Numbered from the stretch's first letter, positions 1 to 8,464 are shown. The stretch: DNA of 64,000 bases from Desulfuromonadales bacterium (GCA_029210745.1 JARGFI010000006.1:6509-70508), one strand, 5' to 3'. The notes: generated from the sequence alone by a model not told the origin. Numbers and translations: made by a program.

Positions 1-1
1 G

Positions 2-1312
2 GTTTCCCTCGAATTTGTTGAACGGGCGCAGCGCAAGGAGAGCAGCGACCGGGTGCTGGCGCGAATCAGGGGAGCGATGGCCGATTTTTCAGGGGCGGAA
101 ATCAAGGTCGAAAAGGCCAAGAACGGCCCCCCCACCGGTCCGCCGGTGAGTGTTGAGATCAGCGGTGAAAACGTGGCCATTCTGGAGTCAGTGCTTTCCA
201 GTGCACGCAAACAGATCAAGGATGTTCCCGGTCTGGTCGATCTGAAAGATGATCTGTCCCGCGCCAAACCGGAAATCCGCGTGATCGTTGATCGCGAAAA
301 AGCGGCGTTGCTCGGTCTGTCCACCGCAGAAATTTCCGGCATGGTCAAAGCCGCGATATCGGGCACCAAAGTCGGAACGTATCGCGATGGCCAGGACGAG
401 TATGACATCGTCGCCCGCCTCCCGGAACGGCGGCGGCAGGCACTGGCCGATATCGAAAATCTGCTGATTCCGACCGCGACCGGAGCTCCGGTGCCGCTGC
501 TGAGCGTCGCCAGCCTCGAGATCGGTTCCGGCTTCGGGGCGATTCGGCATATCGATCAGGACCGCGTGGTGACCCTGACCGCCAACACGCTGGGGCGCAA
601 CAGTAACGCTGTGCTCAAGGATGTTCAGGCCCGTCTGGCCACGCTCGAACTGCCTGCCGGCTATCGCATTAACTTTTCCGGAGAGCAGGAAGAGCAGCAA
701 AAAGCGGCGGACTTTTTGAGCAAGGCATTTCTGGTCGCCCTGTTTCTGATCTCGCTGATACTCATTACTCAATTCAATTCACTGGCCAAGACCTTGATCG
801 TCATGAGTTCGGTGATGCTGTCGTTGACCGGTGTTTTTATCGGCCTGACCGTGACGCAGATGCCGTTCGGCGTCATCATGACCGGGATCGGAATCGTCTC
901 GCTGGCGGGGGTGGTGGTCAATAACGCCATCGTGCTCATCGACTATATCAATCAACTACGTCAGCAAGGGATGGCGCTGCACGATGCCCTGCTCCGGGCC
1001 GGGACGGTGCGCTTTCGGCCCGTGATGCTGACCGCGATCACGACGATTCTCGGTCTGTTGCCGATGGCGGTCGGGGTCAGCTTCGATTTTCATACCTTCG
1101 CCTGGGAAATCGGCGGCGAGTCGGCGCAGTGGTGGGGGCCGATGGCGGTCGCGGTGATCTTCGGGCTGGCGTTTGCCACCCTGCTGACCCTGGTGGTGGT
1201 TCCGGTCTTGTATTCATTGTCGGAAACACTGCCGGGAACCTTTTCGCGGCTGGGAAGCCGCTCCCACAGGGGAACACTGCTCCCACAGGGGGGCCTCAGG
1301 GGGAAGATGTGA
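2..1312 (+). CDS. RND (AcrB/HAE1-type) efflux transporter permease, C-terminal ~435 aa; the 5' end lies upstream of the window
   Basis: The frame is open from nt 2, with no stop before the listed Met at 53. The translation shows the second periplasmic half followed by C-terminal TM helices with typical RND strings (GIVSLAGVVVNNAIVLIDY, RFRPVMLTAITTILGLLPMA). Confidence 0.9.
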   Translation, partial: VSLEFVERAQRKESSDRVLARIRGAMADFSGAEIKVEKAKNGPPTGPPVSVEISGENVAILESVLSSARKQIKDVPGLVDLKDDLSRAKPEIRVIVDREKAALLGLSTAEISGMVKAAISGTKVGTYRDGQDEYDIVARLPERRRQALADIENLLIPTATGAPVPLLSVASLEIGSGFGAIRHIDQDRVVTLTANTLGRNSNAVLKDVQARLATLELPAGYRINFSGEQEEQQKAADFLSKAFLVALFLISLILITQFNSLAKTLIVMSSVMLSLTGVFIGLTVTQMPFGVIMTGIGIVSLAGVVVNNAIVLIDYINQLRQQGMALHDALLRAGTVRFRPVMLTAITTILGLLPMAVGVSFDFHTFAWEIGGESAQWWGPMAVAVIFGLAFATLLTLVVVPVLYSLSETLPGTFSRLGSRSHRGTLLPQGGLRGKM

Positions 1313-1365
1313 CACCCGTCGTGCTGATTCGGTTATAATAACATTCCTCACACAGGAGGCACACC

Positions 1366-1905
1366 ATGCACCATTTTGCCCTGACCATCGTCGGTCGTGA
1401 CCGTCCCGGCATCGTTGCCCAGGCTACCGAAATTTTGTTTAAACTCGGGTGCAATATCGCTGATTCAAGCTGCACCATCCTGGGTGGCCAGTTCGCGATG
1501 ATCCTCATCATCTCCCATCTTGATTATCGTGAAAGTGCCGATTTTGGCGATGCGTTTGCACCGCTGCAAGATGTTGATCTGTCGGTGATGATCCGTACCC
1601 TCAAGCCGGGCGGAGAAAAACATCCGTATTTTGAGGGGGAGCTATGTATGATTTCGGTTTACGGCGCGGATCAGCCGGGGATCGTTTACCACGTTGCCAG
1701 GGCACTGGCCGAGCGCAAAATCAATGTCACCGATCTCAACACCAAACTGATCGGCACCGAAGTGCGTCCGGTTTACGTGATGATGATTGAGGCCGTTTTG
1801 CCGTCGGGGCTGGAGCTGGGAGAACTGGAATCGGCGCTCGATAACATTCGCCAGGAAATGCAGGTCGATATTTCAGTCCGGGCGATTGAAACGGTGGAGT
1901 TATAG
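1366..1905 (+). CDS. Tandem ACT-domain protein (GcvR-like regulatory protein)
   Basis: Two ACT-like repeats, each opening with the typical string (LTIVGRDRPGIVAQATEIL and ISVYGADQPGIVYHVARAL). An SD-like AGGAGG lies upstream of the ATG. Confidence 0.75.
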   Translation: MHHFALTIVGRDRPGIVAQATEILFKLGCNIADSSCTILGGQFAMILIISHLDYRESADFGDAFAPLQDVDLSVMIRTLKPGGEKHPYFEGELCMISVYGADQPGIVYHVARALAERKINVTDLNTKLIGTEVRPVYVMMIEAVLPSGLELGELESALDNIRQEMQVDISVRAIETVEL

Positions 1906-1908
1906 CCG

Positions 1909-2412
1909 ATGGCGATCCGCGAAATTCTGCTCTATCCTGACGTACGCCTGAAAACAAAGTGTGAACCGGTGGCGATCCTCGATGCCGGGGTGGATGCGCT
2001 GATTCAGGACCTGATCGATACGATGGTGGCGGCGGGGCACTCGGTGGGGGTCGCCGCCCCGCAGATCGGTGATACCCGGCGGGTGGTGGTGGTCGATGTG
2101 GCGAAGAGCAAGCTCGGGCGCGACAACAACCACGGACTGCTGACGCTGGTGAATCCGGAAATCATGTCGCGTGAAGGGAAAAAAGTGCTGCGCGAAGGGT
2201 GCATGAGCGTCCCCGACTACACCGGCAACGTTGTCCGCGCCGAAGAAATCGTGGTGCAGTTCACCGACCGCGACGGCAGTGAGCGGGTGGTGCGGTCGAG
2301 CGGTTTTGAAGCCGTTGCGATCCAGCACGAGCTCGATCACCTTGACGGCCTGCTCTTTCTCGATCGGGTGTCCAACCTTAAAACCGATATATTCCGGCGC
2401 AAGGGGGGCTAA
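1909..2412 (+). CDS. def: Peptide deformylase
   Basis: All three signature motifs are present: GVAAPQIG, EGCMSVP, HELDHLDG. Length 167 aa. Confidence 0.95.
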   Translation: MAIREILLYPDVRLKTKCEPVAILDAGVDALIQDLIDTMVAAGHSVGVAAPQIGDTRRVVVVDVAKSKLGRDNNHGLLTLVNPEIMSREGKKVLREGCMSVPDYTGNVVRAEEIVVQFTDRDGSERVVRSSGFEAVAIQHELDHLDGLLFLDRVSNLKTDIFRRKGG

Positions 2413-2657
2413 AGCTCTGGAAAAATCCCCAGATATTCTGCCGTCACTTCGTGCCATCCGGTCTCCTTGGCCAGCCCCGCCACCAGACCGTTCACGTCCC
2501 TTTCACGTTCCGCTGCGTAGCTGATCTCCACCAGACCCTGATGCCGGTCCAGGGTGCGTAAAAACACCAGCCCTTCATAGCTTTCGACAATAAAACGCAG
2601 GTGACCGATCTCGGCACGCGCCACCGAAAAGATCCGTTTTTTAAATGGAGGGTGCAT
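2409..2657 (-). CDS. Small conserved hypothetical protein (DUF4911-like, from memory of the family)
   Basis: 82-aa ORF converging on def with a 4-nt overlap. The sequence is non-repetitive (IGHLRFIVESYEGLVFLRTLD...GLVEISY) and resembles small proteins seen in Geobacter-type genomes. Confidence 0.55.
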   Translation of the reverse strand: MHPPFKKRIFSVARAEIGHLRFIVESYEGLVFLRTLDRHQGLVEISYAAERERDVNGLVAGLAKETGWHEVTAEYLGIFPEL

Positions 2658-2763
2658 GATTATTCCCCTTAAGCGTTCGTTTATCTTGTCATATTATCCG
2701 CTTTTGTAGTATCTTTCTCAGGTTAATATGTCAAGAATTTGCTGCTTTACCCAAGGAGTCTGC

Positions 2764-3876
2764 ATGACCAAGCAAGAGCCTGAATTTATCCCCAAATGGA
2801 TCGCCTGGGAATCGACCCAGCGCTGTAATCTCAACTGCGTGCATTGCCGCTGCTCCTCCGATATGGATGCGGCGATTGGCGATTTCAATACCGCCGAAGC
2901 CTTTAAATTGATCGACGATATTTGCGAGGTGTCCACGCCGGTGATGGTCCTTTCCGGTGGTGAGCCGTTGCTGCGCGCCGATATCTTCGAGATTGCCGAG
3001 TATGGTACCAGCAAGGGGCTGCGGATGTGCATGGCGACCAACGGCACGCTGATCACCGACGAAATCTGCGCCAACATGAAGGCCGCCGATATCAAGATGG
3101 TCTCGCTGTCCCTCGATGGTTCGACCGCCGAGATTCACGACAACTTCCGTTCCTGTCCGGGAGCGTTTGAAGGGGTGATTCGCGGTGCCGAGACGCTCAA
3201 GCGCAACGGCATCAAATTTTTGATCAACTCCTCCTTCACCAAGCGCAACCAGCACGACATCGGCGACACCTTCCATCTCGCCAAAAGTCTCGGTGCCACC
3301 GCCTGGTACATGTTCATGATTGTCCCCACCGGCCGTGGCGAAGAGATCATGAACGAGCTGATCTCCAAGGAAGATTACGAGGAGATTCTGACCTGGCACT
3401 ACGAGCAGGAAAAAGGCGAGGACGAGATCCTGATGCGCCCGACCTGCGCACCGCACTACTACCGGGTGGTGCCGCAGATGGCCAAGGCCGAAGGGGTCGA
3501 TTTTAAACGCCGCTCTCTGACCTTTTCCACCGGCGGCGGCAAGGGGTGCATCGCCGCGCAGACGATCTGCCTGATCGACTGTTTCGGTAACCTCAAGCCG
3601 TGTTCCTATTTCCACTCATCGGTCGGCAATGTCAAACAGATCCCGTTCAAGGAGCTGTGGTTCAACTCCAAAACCTTCAACGAACTGCGCGATTTCAAGA
3701 GCTACAAGGGCAAGTGTGGCGAATGCGAGTTCATCAACGTCTGCGGTGGCTGCCGCGCCCGTGCCGATGCGGTCTACGGCGACTATATGGCGGAAGAGCC
3801 GTTCTGTACCTACTTTCCGAAACGGACGCTGAAACGGATGGAAGAAGAATCGAAAAAGCTGGCACCGGAAAAATAG
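2764..3876 (+). CDS. Radical SAM / SPASM-domain enzyme, AhbD/AhbC/NirJ-like (candidate heme-pathway enzyme)
   Basis: It has a CNLNCVHC (CxxxCxxC) cluster motif inside [18 protein letters not shown] and the SGGEPLL motif. The C-terminal auxiliary-cluster cysteines are [17 protein letters not shown] and [19 protein letters not shown]. Start chosen at the ATG preceded by AAGGAG; the track ORF begins at 2728. Confidence 0.85.
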   Translation: MTKQEPEFIPKWIAWESTQRCNLNCVHCRCSSDMDAAIGDFNTAEAFKLIDDICEVSTPVMVLSGGEPLLRADIFEIAEYGTSKGLRMCMATNGTLITDEICANMKAADIKMVSLSLDGSTAEIHDNFRSCPGAFEGVIRGAETLKRNGIKFLINSSFTKRNQHDIGDTFHLAKSLGATAWYMFMIVPTGRGEEIMNELISKEDYEEILTWHYEQEKGEDEILMRPTCAPHYYRVVPQMAKAEGVDFKRRSLTFSTGGGKGCIAAQTICLIDCFGNLKPCSYFHSSVGNVKQIPFKELWFNSKTFNELRDFKSYKGKCGECEFINVCGGCRARADAVYGDYMAEEPFCTYFPKRTLKRMEEESKKLAPEK

Positions 3877-3960
3877 ATCGAATTCCCCTTTTCCCCATTG
3901 CGAAAGCGGGCTGACCTTCGTGCTTGTCTGTCTCAGGGGCCATGCGTTAGGAGATAAGAG

Positions 3961-4167
3961 ATGATTGAACTTCATCCTCAATATCTGATTGACGAAAAAA
4001 ACCAGCGTCAAGCTGTTGTGCTGCCTTGTGATGAGTGGGAACATATTCTCGAAGCTCTGGAAGAGCTTGATGATGTGAAGGCATTTGATCGGGCGAAGAG
4101 CGGTGCAGGGGAAGCTTTACCGTTTGAGCAGGCAGTTCGCGAAATCGAGCAGGATTACAAGGCGTGA
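3961..4167 (+). CDS. Type II antitoxin (Phd/YefM- or RelB-like)
   Basis: 68-aa acidic protein directly upstream of a RelE/ParE toxin gene and overlapping it by 4 nt. An AGGAG SD is present. Confidence 0.8.
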   Translation: MIELHPQYLIDEKNQRQAVVLPCDEWEHILEALEELDDVKAFDRAKSGAGEALPFEQAVREIEQDYKA

Positions 4168-4418
4168 GCTATGCCCTCGAAATTTTGCGCAGTGCGCAAA
4201 AACAACTGGCACATATCGACCGACACGATCAGCTGCGGATTATAACAGCGATTCGCTCCCTTGCCGATGAACCTCATCCAGCAGGGAGCAAAAAACTGTC
4301 TGGACGTGACGCTTGGCGTATACGTGTTGGTACATACCGCATCATCTATGAAATTCAGCATGACCGGCTACTCGTTCTGGTTGTCTCAATCGGTCATCGC
4401 AGGGAAGTCTATCGTTAG
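4164..4418 (+). CDS. Type II toxin, RelE/ParE family
   Basis: 84 aa with the typical RelE/StbE C-terminal string WRIRVGTYRIIYEIQHDRLLVLVVSIGHRREVY. The GTG start overlaps the antitoxin stop (GTGA). Confidence 0.85.
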   Translation: MSYALEILRSAQKQLAHIDRHDQLRIITAIRSLADEPHPAGSKKLSGRDAWRIRVGTYRIIYEIQHDRLLVLVVSIGHRREVYR

Positions 4419-4466
4419 ACGTTAATTAAAATAGCAATATTCATATTACTCAGGAGAAAAATCAAA

Positions 4467-5504
4467 ATGTCCAAAGAATACACCTTTATCAAAGCCTGCT
4501 GGGGCCAACCGACCGAATATGTGCCCGTCTGGCTGATGCGTCAGGCCGGTCGTTATCTCCAGTGCTACAAAGATGTGCGCGCCCAGGGGGGCGGCACCTT
4601 TCTCGACCTGTGCAAAGATCCGGCGCGGGCCGCCGAAGTCACCATTCAGCCGATCGATATTCTCAATGTTGACGCGGCGATCATGTTCTCCGACATCCTC
4701 ACCCCCATCGAGCCGATGGGGATGGAGCTCGACTTCACCCCCGGCCCGGTTTTCGCCAAGCCGATTCGCACCGCCGCCGACGTGGACGCCCTGATTGTTC
4801 CCGCCGATATGGCCCAGGCGGTTCCTTACGTGCCGGCGATCATCAAGCGCCTGCGCACCGCCTTTACCGGCCGTGTGCCGCTGATCGGTTTCGGTGGCGC
4901 ACCCTTCACCCTCGCCTGCTACATGGTCGAAGGGAAGGGGAGCAAGGATTTTGCAGCGCTCAAGCAGATGATGTACGGCGATTTTCCTTTGTATGATGCA
5001 CTGATGAAAAAGATCACCGCGATGGACACCGCCTATCTCAACATGCAGATCGATGCCGGTGCCCAGGCGATCCAGATCTTCGACACCTGGGGCGGCCTGC
5101 TGGCGCCGCACGATTTTGAGCGCTACATCCTCCCCTACGTCCAGCAGTTGATCGGTGGACTCAAGCGTGACGGTATCCCGGTCATTTACTTCGTCAAAAA
5201 CGGCGGCACTATGCTCGATCTGGTCAAGGAAGCGGGCGCCGATGTGCTCGGTCTCGACTGGCACGTCAACCTCGGCAAGGCGCGTGACATCATCGGTCCC
5301 GACATCGCCGTGCAGGGCAACCTCGACCCGACCGTGCTCTACGCGCCGCAGGATTACATTGAAAAGGAAGTCCAGCGCATCCTCGACGAAAACGCCGGGC
5401 GCCCCGGCTTTATCTTCAACCTCGGCCACGGCATCCTGCCGACGGTGCCGCCGGAGAACGCCATTCACATGGTCGAATGCGTGCATCGGTTGAGCGGGAA
5501 GTAA
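4467..5504 (+). CDS. hemE: Uroporphyrinogen decarboxylase
   Basis: The N-terminal signature PVWLMRQAGRYL is present. Full-length 345 aa with collinear HemE-like sequence throughout. Confidence 0.95.
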   Translation: MSKEYTFIKACWGQPTEYVPVWLMRQAGRYLQCYKDVRAQGGGTFLDLCKDPARAAEVTIQPIDILNVDAAIMFSDILTPIEPMGMELDFTPGPVFAKPIRTAADVDALIVPADMAQAVPYVPAIIKRLRTAFTGRVPLIGFGGAPFTLACYMVEGKGSKDFAALKQMMYGDFPLYDALMKKITAMDTAYLNMQIDAGAQAIQIFDTWGGLLAPHDFERYILPYVQQLIGGLKRDGIPVIYFVKNGGTMLDLVKEAGADVLGLDWHVNLGKARDIIGPDIAVQGNLDPTVLYAPQDYIEKEVQRILDENAGRPGFIFNLGHGILPTVPPENAIHMVECVHRLSGK

Positions 5505-5557
5505 GGAGCGGCTGATGGGGGAGAGTCAACTCCCCCACCGGCGCTGCGCATCGTTGA

Positions 5558-5689
5558 TTGCGGGGCCTTAGCATCCCCAAGGATGTTCTGGTGCGGACCC
5601 GCGCCGAAGCGGACAAATACCGGGCGGTGACGGCATCCCTCGAACATCTGATCTTCGAAAAGGGGCGGGTGCTGTATGAGCGACACTAA
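5558..5689 (+). pseudogene. Relic of a minimal nucleotidyltransferase (MNT antitoxin) gene; only the C-terminal ~40 codons remain
   Basis: The open frame reads ...DVLVRTRAEADKYRAVTASLEHLIFEKGRVLYERH*, which parallels the C-terminus of the intact MNT at 6092..6421 (...DLLVYSSAEVARRG...REGTVVYARH*). No N-terminal GS-x10-DxD part is present. Confidence 0.5.
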
Positions 5690-5846
5690 GGGGGAGATAG
5701 TTGCTCACTGGCTGTTGAAGGCCAAACGGGATATGCAATCTCGCTATCCGGGGGACTTTTTTGAGCCGGATCAAGCCGAGTTCGACGAAGCGTATGAGGC
5801 TGCGGATTTGATCTGTAGAACAATCATGGCAAATCTTCCGGAATAA
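5676..5846 (+). pseudogene. Internally deleted HEPN-domain toxin relic (56-codon ORF, below the track cut-off)
   Basis: The ATG is embedded in the last codons of the MNT relic, giving the same 14-nt overlap geometry as at 6408/6421. The translation MSDTKGEIVAHWLLKAKRDMQSRYPGDFFEPDQAEFDEAYEAADLICRTIMANLPE looks like the N- and C-terminal helices of a HEPN protein joined together. The central Rx4H region is missing. Confidence 0.45.
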
Positions 5847-5850
5847 TTTT

Positions 5851-5947
5851 GTAGGGGTGCCCCTTGCGGGTACCCTGGTTCTGGTTGGTGAACACCGTAG
5901 CCCTTAAAATCAGGGCGCCCGCAAGGGGCGCCCCTACGATTCACTGT
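5851..5947 (+). repeat. REP/MITE-like palindromic element, copy A (about 25-bp terminal inverted repeats around a ~37-bp core)
   Basis: GTAGGGGTGCCCCTTGCGGGTACCC ... GGGCGCCCGCAAGGGGCGCCCCTAC are reverse complements with 2 mismatches. The whole ~97-nt unit recurs at 8308..8404 with about 12 differences by eye. Confidence 0.8.
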
Positions 5948-5957
5948 TGCGCAGGGT

Positions 5958-6065
5958 GGGCGTAGGTTGGGTTGAATGAAATGAAACCCAACATTGCTGG
6001 CGCACCACCGACGGGTTTTTTATGAGAGCATGTGTTGGGTTTCGCTTTGCTCTACCCAACCTACG
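5958..6065. repeat. Inverted pair of a second REP family (CGTAGGTTGGGT...GAAACCCAACA units)
   Basis: 5961..5994 reads CGTAGGTTGGGTTGAATGAAATGAAACCCAACAT. The reverse complement of 6031..6065 reads CGTAGGTTGGGTAGAGCAAAGCGAAACCCAACACA. A third copy lies at 28689..28723. Confidence 0.7.
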
Positions 6066-6091
6066 TCAAAAGTTGACAGTGGAGGAGACCA

Positions 6092-6421
6092 ATGACCGAA
6101 CATGAAGCCCTTGATGAGATTGTCCGGCGGTTGGTGGCCGCCGCGCAACCCGAGCGTATTGTCTTGTTCGGCTCCAGGGCAAGGGAAGAGGCCGGGGCCG
6201 ATTCTGACTTCGATCTGTTGGTGATTGAACGGGAACCGTTCGATGCCAAGCGTAGCCGCCTGGTCGAAATTGGTCGGCTCGAAGCCGCCCTTGGCCGATT
6301 GCCCTATGCCACCGACCTGCTGGTTTACAGCAGTGCTGAAGTCGCTCGACGGGGCATCTCGCCGCACCATGTGGTTGCGCGAGCCTTGCGTGAGGGGACG
6401 GTGGTCTATGCCCGACATTGA
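6092..6421 (+). CDS. Minimal nucleotidyltransferase (MNT-type antitoxin), apparently intact
   Basis: It carries the GS-x10-DxD motif (LFGSRAREEAGADSDFDLLV). Length 109 aa, with a GGAGGAG SD upstream. Confidence 0.85.
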   Translation: MTEHEALDEIVRRLVAAAQPERIVLFGSRAREEAGADSDFDLLVIEREPFDAKRSRLVEIGRLEAALGRLPYATDLLVYSSAEVARRGISPHHVVARALREGTVVYARH

Positions 6422-6491
6422 CGGGGCAAGGCGGCTGCTGGCCGCAGCGCAGCGCGATGCCCTGGCCTTGTCAAACATGCACAACCCGTAA
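6408..6491 (+). pseudogene. Truncated HEPN partner of the 6092..6421 MNT (27 codons then stop)
   Basis: The ATG overlaps the MNT stop by 14 nt, as in canonical MNT-HEPN pairs. MPDIDGARRLLAAAQRDALALSNMHNP* matches only the first HEPN helix. Confidence 0.45.
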
Positions 6492-6562
6492 CGCCGGAGG
6501 GCGGACTTTTTGCGACGCCATCAACATTGACCCTGAGTTGTCCCCGACGGCAGGAGTACATA

Positions 6563-6847
6563 ATGGATAAATTCATTGAGGAACATCGAGAAACCATCAA
6601 ACGTGTGGCGGCCCTGCGTGGGGCGACAAGGGTCAGGCTGTTTGGGTCTCTGGCCCGCAACGATGGCGGGGCGCAAAGCGATGTTGACCTGCTGGTTGAT
6701 CTTGAGGAGGGACGCTCCGCACTGGCCCTGGGCGGTTTGCTGATGGATCTTGAAGAATGCCTCGGACGGCGGGTCGATCTGGTCACCCCGATGTCCCTGC
6801 ATCCGCGCATCCGGGAAAATGTTCTGAAACAGGCCGTCGACCTGTGA
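6563..6847 (+). CDS. mntA: MntA-type nucleotidyltransferase antitoxin
   Basis: It carries the GS-x10-DxD motif (LFGSLARNDGGAQSDVDLLV). Length 94 aa, AGGAG SD upstream. The stop overlaps the GTG of the downstream DUF86 gene. Confidence 0.85.
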   Translation: MDKFIEEHRETIKRVAALRGATRVRLFGSLARNDGGAQSDVDLLVDLEEGRSALALGGLLMDLEECLGRRVDLVTPMSLHPRIRENVLKQAVDL

Positions 6848-7182
6848 CTGCGACGGAACGGGATCAGCTGCTGATCGAGCATATGCTGGAGTGCATCGGT
6901 CGCATTGAGAAGTATGCCGGTGGCGATCGTGAGTCGTTTTTCGCCTCCGAGCTGATTCAGGATGCGGTGGTCAGGAATCTTCAGACGATGGCGGAATCAA
7001 GTCAACGGTTGAGTGCCGGGGGCAAAGAGAGTCGACCCGAGATAGACTGGCGAGCGATTTCCGGATTTCGCAACATCCTGGTTCATGATTACCTCGGGCT
7101 CGACCTCAAGCTGATCTGGTTGGTGGTTGAAAAGGAACTCCCTGCGGTGAGACGCGCGCTTGAAGCACTGCGCGACGCGTAG
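6844..7182 (+). CDS. hepT: HepT (DUF86/HEPN) RNase toxin
   Basis: The Rx4HxY motif is present (FRNILVHDY). The length is ~112 aa from the GTG that overlaps the mntA stop (GTGA). Confidence 0.88.
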   Translation: MTATERDQLLIEHMLECIGRIEKYAGGDRESFFASELIQDAVVRNLQTMAESSQRLSAGGKESRPEIDWRAISGFRNILVHDYLGLDLKLIWLVVEKELPAVRRALEALRDA

Positions 7183-7230
7183 TTTGGGTGAAACCCGATA
7201 TGGTTAGCTGATTGTTCTGGAGGACTGTTT

Positions 7231-8124
7231 ATGTCAAGAAACCTCATCGTACTGTTCACCTGTGTCCTCTTTTCCGCCCAACCCGCCCTGGCCGGGTTCA
7301 TCTCCGGCTTTGAGCCGGTGTGGGATTACGGCCGCAAGCCGGTTGCTGCCGGTGTCACCGGCGGCAAAAGTTTCACCGACCCGACCACCGGCATGGCGTT
7401 TGTTCTGGTCAAGGGGGGGTGTTTTCAGATGGGTTCGAATGATGGGGCCTCCAACGAGAAGCCGGTGCATGAAGTGTGTGTGGATGATTTTTATATGGGC
7501 AAATATGAGGTGACCAACGGGCAATACCGCCGCTATAAGAGCGGCCACAACAGCAGGGACTACGGCGGCAATAGTTTGAACGGTGACAAACAACCGGCGG
7601 TCAACGTCAGCTGGGACGACGCTGTCAGCTATGCACAGTGGCTCGCCGGAAAGAGTGGCAAGAGTGTGCGGCTGCCGACCGAGGCCGAATGGGAATATGC
7701 CGCTCGCGGCGGAACGACCACCGTGCGCTGGTGGGGCGACAGTGCCGATCAGGCTTGCCGCAACGCCAACGTCCACGACCGGACCTCGAAGCGGGTCAAC
7801 ACCACATTTACCTGGGAGGCTCACAATTGCGACGACGGCTATGCCGTGACCGCCCCGGTCGGCAGCTTTACGCCGAACCGCTTCGGTTTGTATGACATGC
7901 TCGGCAATGTCTGGGAGTGGACCGGTGACTGGTACGGCTCTGGTTATTACGGCAAGAGTCCCAGGCAGAATCCGTCCGGTCCATCAGGTGGCTCGGACCG
8001 CGTGGGCCGCGGTGGTGGCTGGACCAACGAAGCGAGGGGCGTGCGTGCGTCGGACCGGAGCAGGAGCACTCCGGGCGGCCGTGGCGACTACCTTGGCTTT
8101 CGCCTTGCATTTCCCGCCAGGTAG
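7231..8124 (+). CDS. Exported FGE-sulfatase (SUMF1/C-type-lectin-fold) domain protein, probably non-catalytic
   Basis: Signal peptide MSRNLIVLFTCVLFSAQPALA|G. Fold strings are FYMGKYEVTNGQY, VSWDDAVSYAQWL, LPTEAEWEYAARGG, GNVWEWTGDWY, RGGGW and LGFRL. There is no Cys pair in the C-terminal region. Confidence 0.9.
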   Translation: MSRNLIVLFTCVLFSAQPALAGFISGFEPVWDYGRKPVAAGVTGGKSFTDPTTGMAFVLVKGGCFQMGSNDGASNEKPVHEVCVDDFYMGKYEVTNGQYRRYKSGHNSRDYGGNSLNGDKQPAVNVSWDDAVSYAQWLAGKSGKSVRLPTEAEWEYAARGGTTTVRWWGDSADQACRNANVHDRTSKRVNTTFTWEAHNCDDGYAVTAPVGSFTPNRFGLYDMLGNVWEWTGDWYGSGYYGKSPRQNPSGPSGGSDRVGRGGGWTNEARGVRASDRSRSTPGGRGDYLGFRLAFPAR

Positions 8125-8257
8125 CGGAAACGCGACGGGAAGCGCAAAGACAAGGCGGAGCCGCAGGCCAGGCGCTGTACGTGCGTTGGAGCGCAGGTCT
8201 TCGACTAGCAATGCTAGTGTGGGAGGGGCCGGGGGAGGGTGATATGCAGCAATGCCT

Positions 8258-8417
8258 GTGTGGGAGCGGCTTTCAGCCGCGAAGATTGTGGTGGCAGATG
8301 GAAGACGCAGGGATACCCCTTGCGGGTATCCAGGTGTTGGTTGGTGACCACCACAGGCCCTTAAAATCAGGGCACCCGCAAGGGGCGCCCCTACGATTCA
8401 CTGTGGGTAGGGTATCC
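8258..8417 (+). repeat. REP cluster: a TGTGGGAGCGGCTTTCAGCCGCGAAG unit plus copy B (8308..8404) of the 5851..5947 element
   Basis: Direct-orientation copy of element A (about 88% identical by eye). The 8258..8283 unit resembles the 10670..10719 hairpin arms (TGTAGGAGCGGCTT). Confidence 0.75.
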
Positions 8418-8464
8418 AAAAAACCAACGACAATTGCGGAATATCAGCGCGGGAGGGTTAAAAG

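Noticed and set aside
4446-5486. A 346-aa ORF antisense to hemE, and many similar long shadow ORFs (e.g. 188..772, 2731..3615, 8692..9990, 13039..13986, 25725..27212, 28743..30236, 34345..35733, 47589..48590, 61117..61998, 62767..63588).
   Set aside because: Each is nested opposite a gene with unmistakable family identity. Their translations are Arg/Gly/Pro/His-rich with no recognisable motifs. Long stop-free antisense frames are expected in GC3-rich coding DNA.
7850-8260. Possibility that the C-terminal FGE/C-type-lectin-fold region is the variable repeat of a diversity-generating retroelement.
   Set aside because: I found no second copy (template repeat) of the 3' ~130 nt of the gene nearby. 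No reverse transcriptase or accessory gene is anywhere in the window.
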